Of a stretch of 64,000 nt of DNA, positions 1 to 16,700 are shown in pieces. Made by a program: the position numbers and the translations under genes. Positions within the stretch are counted from its first letter, which is position 1, and every line of letters starts with the position of its first letter. Source of the DNA: Balanoglossus misakiensis (taxonomy: Eukaryota; Animalia; Hemichordata); assembly GCA_040954595.2 (NCBI GenBank), contig CM082581.2:12522286-12586285 (forward strand), written 5' to 3'. The notes beneath the pieces were generated by a model. That model made no database searches. It worked only from the letters and a program-made list of their open reading frames with translations, and had not been told where the DNA came from.

Positions 1-38
1 TCTCTAATGTCGTCCAAACGACCTTTATATCTTTCTAG

Positions 39-1830
39 AATTGCCGATCTGGAACTTCGATGGCTCAAGCACGGGTCAGGCAGAAGGGTCAAACAGCGAC
101 ATCTACCTTCATCCAGTGGCGATGTTTAACGATCCGTTCCGCCTTGGAAACAACAAACTAGTCTTGTGCGAAACCTTCAAATACGACAACAGACCAACAG
201 GTATGTAGGGTTACCTCGACGATAATTAAGCTTTCGTGTTATTGTATACATTTCCTCTGTCTCAATCGATGGTGGATAAGTTCAACATGGTGTCTTCTAT
301 AGTTTTCTCTACGCCCCTCGTGTAAATTGGAAAAATGTCCATGTGACAAATCTTCATGGTTTAACAATGCCCCAATAATATCTTGTCTTTGTCTCCCCAG
401 AAACCAACCATCGTCAATCATGTGTTCGGGTCATGGATCGGGCGAAAGATGAACATCCTTGGTTTGGACTCGAACAGGAATACACCCTGCTTGGGCCGAA
501 CAAACAACCCTTTGGCTGGCCCGAAGATGGCTTTCCTGGACCACAAGGTGAGATTTTCGATGTAAAGGCAACTTGTGGATTGGATTAACTGCGTTCGCCC
601 AACCGCAGCCTTGATTGGCATTCTTTGATTGATTTCATGGTTTCATTCCCATCATTATGTCGGATAACAGAAAGAGCTGCTCTCACATTTTGGTTTCTAT
701 TATTTCTATTACAGGACCGTATTACTGTGGCGTCGGCGCTGACAGAGTTTACGGCAGAGACATTGTAGAGGCGCATTACAGAGCGTGCCTTTACGCAGGT
801 GTCAAGATCGCAGGCACCAACGCTGAAGTGATGCCCTCACAGTGGGAATTCCAGGTGGGTCCCTGCGAAGGAATCGAGATGGGAGATCACCTCTGGATTG
901 CCCGGTTCCTTCTGCACCGGGTAGCCGAGGACTTCGGAGTGATAGTGTCGCTGGATCCCAAGCCGATCCCTGGCGATTGGAATGGCGCAGGCTGCCACAC
1001 GAATTACAGTACCCTTGCCATGAGAGAGGAAGGCGGTATCAAGTAAGTTTATTGGTCGATTCGGGTTGAATGAACAGGCATACATAACAGGTTACAGCAT
1101 AGATGGTGACGTACATGTAGGACCGGCGTTTGCACAATGTGCGGCTTACAAAGCAGGCTTGAATCATGCGTGCGAACTTACATTTGACATTCCGCGCAGT
1201 GCTTTCCTCATAGGACCGTCAAGCACAGGTAGTTTGACCGATACTCTGACCGTTTTTCCACAGACACATTGAAGACGCCATAGAGAAGTTCTCCAAAGTG
1301 CACAAGGAACACATCAAGGCCTACGACCCGAACGGAGGAGCCGACAACGCCCGCCGTCTGACGGGTCGTCACGAGACGGCTCACATCGACAGCTTCAGCG
1401 CTGGCGTTGCCAACCGAGGAGCAAGCATTCGCATCCCGCGACAGGTGAGTCGGCATAACGGTCAATTGCATTTGAAGAAACGCCCTACAATAGAACCACT
1501 CGTGACACAAAAAGGATAATAGCATCTCCCCACCTGCACAGGAAAGAATGGTCCAGTACTCCTATTGAGGTCCAAGTTTACAATTGAAAACAATGGCTTT
1601 GGACCAAACTATGATGCATTGCCCGCAGGACACATTCTTAACCCCGATCGTTCGATGTTTTAAACTATTATCGTGTTCGTATTTTTTTCAACTTATAGGT
1701 TGGTCAAGACGGAAAGGGCTACCTGGAAGATCGACGCCCCGCTTCAAACTGCGACCCCTACGTCGTGACGGAAGCCATCATCAGGACCACTGTCCTGGAC
1801 GAGCCAATAGTCTTGCCCGAATTCGACTGA
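39..1830 (+). CDS. GLUL: Glutamine synthetase type II, 5'-partial, 5 visible coding exons (approx. 39-200, 401-547, 715-1042, 1264-1444, 1699-1830)
   Basis: Spliced translation gives [105 protein letters not shown]. Junctions are GT-AG and in phase; stop TGA at 1828-1830; AATAAA at ~2103. Confidence 0.97.
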
Positions 1831-3368
1831 AGAGATTTTTAAACAGTGATGATGGAGAATTGGTCTTTGTAAAAGAAAATCAGGGTCTTAATATTTACAA
1901 AATTTAAAGGAGGTGCTTTTATCACAATATAACTCGCGATCCAAAATGTTTTTGTATTTTCAGGGGAATTTTAGATGAGTGTTTGAAGTCTTTGTTCATT
2001 TAATTCGTGATAATTCAATGTATGTATATGGATGTGCATTTATGTATGTGTACGTATGTATGCGAGTGAGTGAACTTTTGTATGTGTAAACAGTCAACTT
2101 TCAATAAAGATATATTTGATAATGATATGCGACTAGTTTGGGCTAGTATACTTTCCACGCTTTCTTCTTTTTGTGCTATCTGTACATGTACGATGAGTGG
2201 GAACTTATTAATACATTTTCATATATACATGATAAAAAACAGCGAGTCTTTTTTTAGACATTCTCGTGTCCATCGGTATAATGACTGATTATATGAAATA
2301 TTTTTACACATAATTTATCTCAATTTCTTTTAAGGTAAATCTAAATTTAAAAAAAATAGAATTACAGGAAATAGGTCACTTTCTTTATGCAAACTGGGAT
2401 GTCTGGTGAATCGTATACGTATATTCTGCGACTAGTACAAGACTGTTTGTGTATTTCAATTTGTCCCTTTTTTACTAAGGTCTCATACACCCATCATAGT
2501 TATTCGCATAATTTTGCAAACGAAGTGTCAGGTGGGTTCTCTCTAATTTGTCACCACCCAAAATAGCTCATGAATCTATAATGGGACGTCGAATTACAAT
2601 GTGGGTTATAATTAAACGGTCGGCTAACTACCATATTTCGTGTGCGTTGGTTAAACGAAAATTTCGCACCAACTGAAAGGAGTGTTGTTGACTCCTGCAC
2701 GGCAATGGTTAAAACCTCATCAGACGGAGACAAGACGACAAAGTTTGTTATCGGGAAGGATATTGTATATAGAAAGCCCTTACCTATTTTCCATGGTGTC
2801 GTCTACTTGTGAGCTGGCTGGTGTTAACTCAATCGGTTCATTGTGTAGAATACAATATCTATAATTCCTGTGTTTCTCTCATGCCATCCAAATAGAACAA
2901 TAGCGTGATGTGTTCGTTCTTGTCGAGAAGCATTCCCAATGCTAGTTATTAATTCATGTATCGTAACACACTACATGTATTGTCATGAAATCGAAAATTC
3001 CCTTTGTGTATTTGTTCAGCGGGGCTAAACTGTCGGAGCTATTTCAATCTGATTAAAACAGCGAAGATTACCTTTGCTTGGCTTCGACTGTTCGCGTTCT
3101 GCTGTGGTCGCGGGACAGCTTGGCGCTCTTTGACGTTTATTGTGTATTCACTATTTCGCACTACATATGTTCATGCAGTTGTCTTGCGATTGAAGTCAAC
3201 ATGGCGTTTTCTAAGAAAAAATGACTTTATTTGAAACGATTTTGTTACAAAATAAAGTACAGAAATCAGAAAAAAAACAGATCGCTTGGAAATTCATCAT
3301 CATGTCACGATGAATGTTACATGATGTATAGTTGATGTCTATATTACAGGTTGCGTCTTGTAATGTGA

Positions 3369-6667
<3,299 letters not shown>

Positions 6668-7421
6668 ATCGTTAGATGTTTGATTGTGGGTCTAGAATTT
6701 GCATAGAACACCTAGTCTTCTTGAATTTAGGCATAGGGCCTACATAAAAGTTCAGTTGTTGCTTCTCCGTGTTCGTTTGTATGCTTTGAGCTGTTTATAA
6801 GTTTAATACATTAGAATTTTCGTATTCTAATTTAGGGCCTACCATTGTCACTGCCATAGCTAAGCCTGAACTTGTCGGGAATTGTGTAGCTTGACGTACC
6901 ATTTCTCGTGTGGTATTTTGCGGGCACTAAAACAATTTACATGTGTATGCATTTTTCTTTTGTCTCGTTGACAATACGAGTTATTTTCAATAGTAAAATG
7001 TTTCTTTGTTTTTTGGTTTTTGCTTCCAAATTCATTTAGGCCTAGGCCTAAACATAAAACATCCCCAGATTCTCTATTTATTAAAACACTTATAAAAAAC
7101 TGCTCTTTGTTGGCAAATTAAAACACAAAACAATTCGCTGATTCTTTTTGTATTAAAATCATATTATAGGGGATACACAACGCGTCCGGTTTTGACAGTG
7201 CATGTGCTAACACACAAGAATAACGAACTCATCAGTGACGAAACCCAAGGTGCTGAATATTTTACGAAAAACGCGTTTTGGTTTTAAAATGTTAGGAATA
7301 AACCATATGGCGAAATGTAGCCTACTCAGATACCGACTTAGTCAGTAAAGCGCGATTTCGTTGTACGAATATGTGTACTGTGAAACAAGGAATAGATCGA
7401 GGTGTTAAAAATGGCTGTTTC

Positions 7422-7432
7422 ACTTCCGGGTC
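7422..7432. promoter_or_regulatory. ETS/GABP-type element ACTTCCGGGTC in the divergent transporter/NOP14 promoter
   Basis: CCGGAAGT core; the identical 11-mer recurs at 30890-30900 in the CFAP206/RNPC3 promoter. Confidence 0.5.
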
Positions 7433-7710
7433 AAAGGTTACCCATGTGGTGTATCAGTGCATCCTGAGAATTATCAGGAAAACAATCAAAACCACACGTC
7501 CAGGAAAACGTACACATGCCACGAAAGCAAAGTTAATAGCCTTAACGTGTACATGGGTAAGCTTTTTAACTTCTACCATTTATAATGTGACGACCCAGAA
7601 TTAGAAACAAATTTACTCTTTATTGCAAAATTACAATGTGACTTTTCTGATGCATTATGCACCATAACCAAGTTTTATCACTGATACACTTTTGTAATTC
7701 TTGCAGAAGT

Positions 7711-10700
7711 ATGGCAAAGACAAAGAAAAACCGTCGGGGCCTCTCTGACAAGGTCAGACAAGGTAAAACTTCTCAGGAGAAAAAGACAAATCCATTTGAG
7801 ATACAGATTAACAAACAGAAACACTCGGTGCTGGGAAGGAAAACCAAACACGACAAAGGAGTACCAGGTGTTTCCAGGTCAAAGGCTATGAAGAAGGTAA
7901 GACTGAGAGTGCAACACTGAGCAGCATTATGTTCTTCTCATAATGCCAATTAAACTTTGTAGAGAGTTCATTGTCCAAGTGCTAGTTTACTGTCATACGT
8001 TTTGAATAAAAAAGGTAGTATGAACTGAAGTTGATACGAACAACCTTGTGGAAAGACATTACTGTTAGGGTATCGTCAGCCTGGACATCCTGAGCATTGA
8101 TTTGCTTTACCATTTCATCTTCACAGAGAAAAGAAACCTTGTTGAAGGAATACCAGCAGAGGAACAAGAGCAACAGAATCCTGGACAGGAGACTTGGTGA
8201 AAATGATGCTAGCCTTACTCCAGAAGAGAAAATGCTGAAGAGATTTGCTTTTGAAAAACAGGCATGTTAATACATACCGTTTAAAAACAATGTGGAAGAC
8301 TTAATTTAATTATATGGTCACCTGTCTATAAAGGCCAGTTAAGACCCATTACTGGCCTCTATAAACAGGTTTACAAATATATACAAATATAATGAGACAT
8401 GGCTGATAGACCATCAGTGAAAAATGAAATATTTTATTTTCACCTAAAATAAATCTGTGGTGTTTTTTTGTGTGTGCGATTGAACAGAGACATCACGAAA
8501 AGGCATCTGTTTATAATTTAAATGAAGACGAGGAGCTGACACATTACGGACAGTCATTGGCTGAAATTGAAAAATTTGAACATCCATTTGATGAGAGTGA
8601 CGATGAAGAATCTGGTAAATTAGATGGTGAGTATTAACCAAGTTTTGAGGAAATTCATTCCTGTTTCTGTCAAGCAAAACACGCTTTGATTTGACAACAT
8701 TCTTGTCTTTTCCATCATCAACAGCTGCGTATGTAGCAGAGGAACATTTTGGAGGATTTTTGACAAAAAAGAAAGACAGTGACAAGGTGAGGACCGTGAT
8801 TGGTTTTGGTCAGCTGAGCTTGGCGCATGTCTGCTCCACAGCTAGAGTCTGTCTAAATAGGATTTCATGTCATAACATCAATAACAGCCGTTGTCAAGCA
8901 TAAACATTCATTGAACACAAAACAAAGATGATTAATAGATGTTTTATATCAACATAAATGCTGTTCATTCTCCACAGGATGACAAACCAAAGAGCAAGAA
9001 GGAGTTGCTGGAAGAAAAAATTGCGCAGTCAAAGAAAGAGAAGGTATTAAATATGTTATGGTGTGTGATTTCATGTGGTGGGTTTTAATAATAAAAACAC
9101 ATCCAACGAATGCACTGCCATATAAACTTTCTAGATTATACCAATCAATGGCATAGAGGTACATGTAGTTGGTTAGAAATTTTCAACACTCATTTCATGT
9201 CTTACAATTTATATGCATTGTCTTCTGTTTTTCCCAGTATGACAGACAGCATGAAAAAGAGGCTACAACAGAACTCAGAGAAAAACTGGATGCAGATTGG
9301 AAAGAAATAAGCAGTTTATTGGGTGTCTCCAAGGTACATGCAAATCTTTTTCCTGTATTACAATTTACAATCATGCTAATATCACTGTGGCAAATTTGTC
9401 TAACAGTGGCAAATGCAAAGGAGAGTTCTCCAATGGCTTTCGGAGAAACCATGTTTCACTCTTACCAAAAGTTTGCATGGAGCTCAGAAAAGACTAACAT
9501 GACTGTAAACTTTTTTTTCTGGATCATCTCGTCGACAGAGAAACAAGAAAGTTGACACAGCGCGGGAACAGCCAAAAGTTGATGATTATGACATTGCTGT
9601 CCGAGAACTGGCTTATGACCTCAAAGCGAAGGTGAGTATCTTTCCCCTGAGTCACCTTGCGACCACAGAAGATGACGTCAAATAATTTTACGGGATGTGT
9701 ATGAGCAGTTTTGTGCATAAATTTTCTTTCTACATGAGTAAGTTTGGGGGGGGGTCCTGAATGTATGTGCATGTACTGGCAATACAATTCTATATATCAA
9801 ATTGCACCAGGCAACGGACAGACTGAAAACCCCAGAAGAGCTTGCCAAAGAGGAGAGAGAAAGACTGGAGAGATTAGAAGCTGACAGACAGAAGAGAATG
9901 AGGGGAATTACAGAGAAGGAGGAGAAGGCAGAAGAGGTTGAAAGAATGCAACACAGATCAGCTGACGACTTGGGAGATGAGTAAGTGTGTTGAAAATGAT
10001 CAATATGTGTTAAGAATGTGTTTGGTTTTAGATTGCTCAAATAGCAAGAATGCTGTAAGCTTTTCATTGCCTGGTGTACACACAGACCCATTTTCTCTGC
10101 CAGAGTATCCTTCTAAAACACTGATAGAGTTCCGCTTTTTTATATTCCCCTCAGTTTTGAACCACCGGACAGAGAGAAGTTCCATGTGAGTTACAAGGAA
10201 GGAAAGTTAGTCCTGCCTGAAGGAGTGGAGTCGTTGCAAGATTTTGCTAAAGGTAGGTTCCATTTTGCTTGAGATTTCAGACTTAGCCATCAAATATGTA
10301 GCACGGACGTGAAAATCTAAGTCTGAAATAAGTCAAATCGTGCCCAGGGCTTTTCACCTGCACAAGCTTTGTGTAATACTGATGTAGTCTGCCAGCTGTA
10401 TGTATTATTAAATTTGTTTGCAGTGTAGAATTAAAAAAATTACATTGCTACATGTAATGCCTGCTTGTACTTTGTCTTTCAGAGCAGGTACTCATAAAAA
10501 TACAGAGAAAATGAGGAGATTTTTTTTATTTATTGTTTGTATTAACACTCTTGAATTAATTTCACAATTTGACAAACAGCAATGTCTGAGCCAACGTACA
10601 AGACAAGTGATGACGATGATGAGGATGATGATGATGAGGAGGAGGAGGATGAGGAGGAGGAGGATGGTGATGGTGCAGAGGACAATACTGTTGAGGATGA

Positions 10701-10738
10701 AGAAAATAATGGGATACAAAGAGAGGAAAGTGATATTC

Positions 10739-10787
<49 letters not shown>

Positions 10788-13700
10788 GGAGGAGGAGGAG
10801 GAGGAGGGTGACGACGACAGCGGTGCTGACTTAGAGTCTGATGAAGAAGTTGATCATGATTCAGAAATGGAAGATGACAAAATGGAAATAGGTGAAGAAG
10901 ATCAACCAAAGCAACATATCAAAAGTCAAGATCCTGCTACAGATAGGAAGGTAAGGAAATACTTTATAATTAAGAGGTTGGATCTCAATAGAGGGAACTG
11001 GGGGCGAAATGGTCTAGTATCCACAACCCCTTATCATGCAAGATTCAGTGCAGTGTAACTGTATTCTCAGACTAATTGTATTTTAAATGTTTGATGATTT
11101 CAGGTCTTACCAGTTTTCTTACCAATGTTTAATGGCATTTTATTTCAGGACAGACAGGCCATGATTGAGGAAGCAAAGAAAGAATTACCCTACACCTTTC
11201 CGGGTAGGCACAATATTCCTGACCCATTTTAAACGCTGAAACTGACCTTTCCATTTCCATTGTCTATGTTTATTTCACGAATATTAAATCCCAAATGCCA
11301 AACATATTTTTCCCCCTCATCATTAGCTCCTAGTTCCTATGACGACCTGCTCTCGCTCGTCACTGCTTACGACTCGAGCCAACAAATGATGATTCTCGAG
11401 AGGGTACGTAAATGCCACCACCCGAGTCTTGCTGAGGGCAACAAAGGAAAACTAGAAACGCTCTTTTCACTCCTGGTGGAATATTTTGGAGACCTGGCCA
11501 GTGAACGACCCCTCAAGATGGATCTGATTGATGGGCTTATCAGGCAAGTTTAATAACTAGGCCTTCAGCATTCGGTGTAGTCATAAACTTTTCATATCCA
11601 GAAAATGTTAATCCGGCAAAGTGCATCATGCTCCAAATTTAGAAATGTAACAAACATGGGCAATTAGAACTGGATGTTAAATCTTTAATATCAAACCACA
11701 TCAGCATATTCAGTTTAAACCTGGATTATTCTCTCCCTCCAGTGTTTCATTCACCAGTAATTCGGTTGTTTACACTTGTCTATGTTATTTTTAATTTGTT
11801 CATGGACAGCTTAAACCATTGGTAGCCTCAGGTGCACAGGAAAAGTGTATCAGAGAGAGAGTGAGAAATAGAGTAGTCATGGAAACAACTGCTCTGCGTG
11901 CCCTCTCCCCAACCATTACCTATATCGTGTCTGTTCCCAGTGCCATGGGCTAGGTTTCGAAGTTCTTGTGTTGCCATGACAATAATCATAATCCCCAAAG
12001 TATGCTTAACCCTTTGCAGCCCAGATCATTTGCATAACAATGCACAGTGGAGACCAGAACTTTCCACTCAAATTAGAAAATATTATTCAATACCTGACAG
12101 TGATTTCTTTTCTTCAATGTAACAAAAAATGAGCTACAAATTGACTATAGCAACAAATATTCATATGAAAGCTAAAAAAATGGGCTTTCAATTGATGCTA
12201 AAATGATTATGAAAATACAAAAATTCCACTACATTTGATGACGATGACAACTATGTTCATTGCAATGCATACGCATTGAACTCCCACTCGACTGGTTTTG
12301 CAGGCATTTATATGATATTTATTATCATATTGTCGTTTTCTTTGAATTACACTGTGGCCTGATCAATCAACAGCTCCCAAAATGAATAAAACTTAGCTGG
12401 AAATGACAGGTGAATGATCTCTAACAGGGGTCGGATTTTGAACACGCGATCACGATCGGGTCACCTCAGGGCAAGGCGAGGTCATTGTTCTTTACATGGA
12501 AAATACTCGCAAAGTTTTCTGTATCTGCTCATTAGCATGATCTTAGCGATGTCTGGTACTTGAAATCTGTCACCAGTGAACTAATTTGACGTGTGAAAAA
12601 CAGCGAACACGTATAAAAATATTCACGTAAATATTAAAACTCCCGTATTTCATCAGCCTTGATTTTAGTACTGATCGAGTCCGCGGCGTGGATTTGTTGA
12701 CATTGTGTAGCACGATCTCGTTGGCAAGTTGCTTCATAAAATTCTGGGCAATTAACTGCTAAAAATATGGGCACATACTTCCAAACGTTGGTTAGTACCA
12801 GATTCCGCAAAAAAACCCCGACAATTTAATAAAATTCTATCTCTGATAACCCAGGAACGTTGCGCAAGTCGCCCGGTGCTCCCGGTGAGAGTTCAACGGC
12901 CGCCGCCTCAAAATTCAAAATTTCCCACATCGAGATTCCCGTGCATGTTCATCAAAATCGCTAGCAGTTTCAACATTTTCTAGTCCTAAAAATTATTCCT
13001 AATCGACATCCTTAAGAAAAATCAATTTATTTCGGCATATGCCACAGTTTTTCTCACAAAAATCGTGGTAGGAAAAGTCAGTTCTGTAAACAAATGTCGT
13101 GAATAAATTAACTAAAAATAATCGGCAGCATCCTGTAGCGTCCCTTGAGATTAAATCGCTGATAACGGCAAAAGGTCAAATGGTCACATGATATTTTCTT
13201 GGCGGGAAATGAGAGCCTAACAGATGTTTAATACGTCACTAAAAACTGATAGCATGTATTTCACAGGAAACCGTTACGTATCCCACACTTTTTGAATTAC
13301 CGGAAGTTCTGGAATTCTCAGGCGCTTACGGGTGCTCTGGACAGCAGCGCATGTCGGGCGCATGAGGGTGCTCTGGGCAGCAAAGGGTTAATAGCTGTTT
13401 TTCATGATTGTTTTTCCCTTCACACTCTTAGGCACTTGTATGAACTCTGTCAACAATTCCCAGAGAAAGGTGCTCTGGTTATGCACTCTGTGATAGTTGA
13501 GAAGTTTGAAGATTTTGATGGTATTTGTGAAAAGAAAGGAATTGGGAAGTACCCAGGACTGGACACGGTCTGTTGACATATTCACATACAAATAGATTCT
13601 AAGCTTTTACAGACATCATCATGCTATATTGAGTGCCTTTCAGGTGTACCTGATAAGAAAAAGTCATGCTGCATATATATAAAATTCATTTGGCAGAGTT

Positions 13701-16700
13701 TCTTTGTATGAGTTGGATGAGTTTATGAATATTTGATGATATTTCACTTTGCTGTGATTTGTGCTATTCACAAGTTCTCCATGTCTGTCCATTGCCTCTG
13801 GTGGGATGGCTGTCAGTATGTGGAACACTGCTGTGTATCTGTGTATAGGGATAACTAGAGCACTTACAATGATGAAGAAGTTTACTGACTTTTTCGCTAG
13901 CCTCAAAGACACACTTGACAACACAGTATTTAGCCTCTGAATTGCACCGGCGTAAAGGTGCTATTTAGAATGTACCAGTTCTGATAATGGAATGAAAATG
14001 ATTTTGACATTATTTTCATTTTATTCCAGTTATTGTATTTCAAACTGGTGTCTCTCCTCTTCCCAACATCTGACTTCAGTCACATCGTTGTCACGCCAAC
14101 AGTGTTGTTTATGAGCCAGATACTTACACACTGTCAGCCAATGAACTGCAAAGATGTAGCTGCTGGTTTGTTCGTTTGCAGTCTCTTTTTACAGGTAAGG
14201 TCTTTTGTGTGTGTTGGTGTCAATTTTTCCTATAGTGAGGCTTTTTAGTTAAATTAAATTATGTCTAAAACAGTTATCTCTGATGACTTCCTTTTGGATT
14301 TGTGTGAAGCAAATACTCCCTAGATGTTATCATCACTACTATGACAAAATTCTGTAAAAATAACATACTGCATTGGTTTTCTGTTATAAAAGTTTTACAT
14401 TTAGACTTTTGAAACTTTCATTGTAAAAGAGACTTTTAAAATCTTAATGATTTGGTTATACATGTAAAACCACAAGCCTGTTGTGTTTACCTTTTCTTTG
14501 TACCTTAAAAATTGTATACATGTATGTGTCCATTTGCGGGCCTCTATGGTCTTCTTGGCTTTAAGGCATGGTGTATACGCAGTAGGAATACTCCATGGTA
14601 TCACTTATTCTTCTCACCTTTGTTATGGTTGCTGCTGTTGACTTTCTTGAAACCAACCTCTGTGTGCATTCTTACTGATTGAGCTAGTTCGAGAGTGCTC
14701 TTCACGCTCGCTAGAGTCAGTTTGCCACCGGGCATGTGCAAGCAAGCTGCACCACGACTGAATTGAAACTCTGTGAACCATGTTTGCTCAACAGTATGTG
14801 AGTCTGTCCCGGAGGTACGTCCCAGAGGCTCTCAACTATCTGCGAGGAGTGCTGTCCCTTGCCACCACTGAAGAGAATGCAACTCGCTCTGTGGTACAAC
14901 CCTTCAAGCCTTCCAGTAAATATAATGACCTGCTTGTTCTCCATGACAGCAGTTCTGCGAGGTGAGTCAAGGCAAATGTGAGAACCCTGTGATCTGAAAA
15001 ATGTCTTCTGGCATTTCATAACACATTTTAAAAGACATTAATTTAGCTAATTACATCAGTTTACTGGAGTAGCTGTTCATAACACTTTCTTAACAAGATT
15101 TTCAAATCATGGCATATGAATAAAATATAACTTGCAGACTTAATATCTGTGAAACTTATGAGAAGTGATACATTTTATTCAAAAGATACTCTGATCTTCT
15201 ACCCTAGAGATCAATGTGTTTTCTATGTCATTCCCACTGCCAGTTTGTCATGAAAATTGCAAAATGCTGACTCTGAACACACACACAGGCTGTGTTGATA
15301 AGCTCAATATTCAGCATTTCATCATGCTTTAGGGAGTCAAATGAGGAACTTCAGTTGGTACATTATAGAAACTGGTAAAAAAAACCAGCCAAAAATCACA
15401 GCTCATGGTTCCTTGCTGGTCATCAACAGCATGTTAATTCTGCAATTCAAAATACAGTAGACCCTCGCTAAGTCGCGGGTGGCGGGGTCCATCGGGAAAC
15501 CCGCGACTTAGCGAGGGTCTACTGTACCTAGGGCTATCTTCTTCTAATGACTGAAGCGAAACAGTTCATGTCAGCATGCTTCTATCTGACAACTGCTGTG
15601 TTTAATTTGAACATTGGTCTCGAGCTCTGCAGGGTCTGGTTTTAAATGGTTTCTGACAGAACAATTTGCGTGAGCTTTAGGGCTAAAATTACCAGATATA
15701 TAATTGCTTTTTCTATAAAAGACAACTACAGTTGGTATTGAATAGAAATCCCACATGCTGTAATATCTGTCAAAAATAAACAACAGTCAAACCTAGTCTT
15801 TTACTCTGTACAAATAACATGCATTTCTGTTAGGCTTCATTCTGGTCCCCACAGATGAAGCCTAGGGGGCGAATAGATTGTCCTCCGTCTGTCCGTACAT
15901 GTGCTTGTGTGTTTATCTGGAGCCATTACTCAAAGACAGTGTAACCATGATGTTTGTTACAGAGCTTGTCATAATTTGCAGAGTTTGTAAACACTTAGTC
16001 GCGATACGTGAATAGTAGATGGGCATGCAGTAGTGTATCAGCTGTCAAGCTTGTTCATGTGAATTATGAAATTTACCTCTGCAGAAAGATTGAGCGAGTG
16101 TGTCTTGCACGTAATATATCCTCCTTCCACATTTGCATGAGGTTAAAAATGAATGTCACAGACATTAGTCTTTGTCTTTTTGCGTGCCTCCTGGGGTGTG
16201 TTGAACCCTTGGCTAATATATATTTTATTTTCTCTGATTACTTACAGAGAAATAGATTCGGAACCTTTGAGCATAACAGAGGTACTAGGCTCAAAAAATC
16301 CAGTCGATCTTCGAAGCGATTCATTTATAATAAATGCCCTGGCTGCATGTTTGCGCCTCCTGCAGCAATTTTCAGAGTTATATGAAGGACTTCCAAGTTA
16401 CAGAGAAATTTTTCGACCTGTGACGTCTGCGTTAATGGAGTTGAACATTGAAGCATACCCCCAAGCTATTAAGGTGAATCACTTGGACAGTCATTACAGA
16501 GGGGACATTAGCAATAGGAAAATGTTTCAATTGAGTGATTTTAACTGGTGGTCGTGACAACAGGCAGAAAAGGGCAGCACTTGTAACAACTTTACGTTAA
16601 GCACAGCTAGTCTTTTGTTTAACTGTGAGCTCATATAGCTTGCCTTTTCCCTTCGACTGGATTTAGACCTTAGTTTTCGAATCCAAATTATCCTTTTTAC

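Noticed and set aside
10105-10113. U12-like donor GTATCCTTC inside a NOP14 intron
   Set aside because: The flanking exons join in phase with GTAAGT-CAG, there is no U12 branch site, and it is a single copy rather than a tandem USSE.
10483-10487. Possible 5-nt microexon (CAG|AGCAG|GTA) in NOP14
   Set aside because: The neighbouring exons are already in phase, so inclusion would frameshift; no further support.
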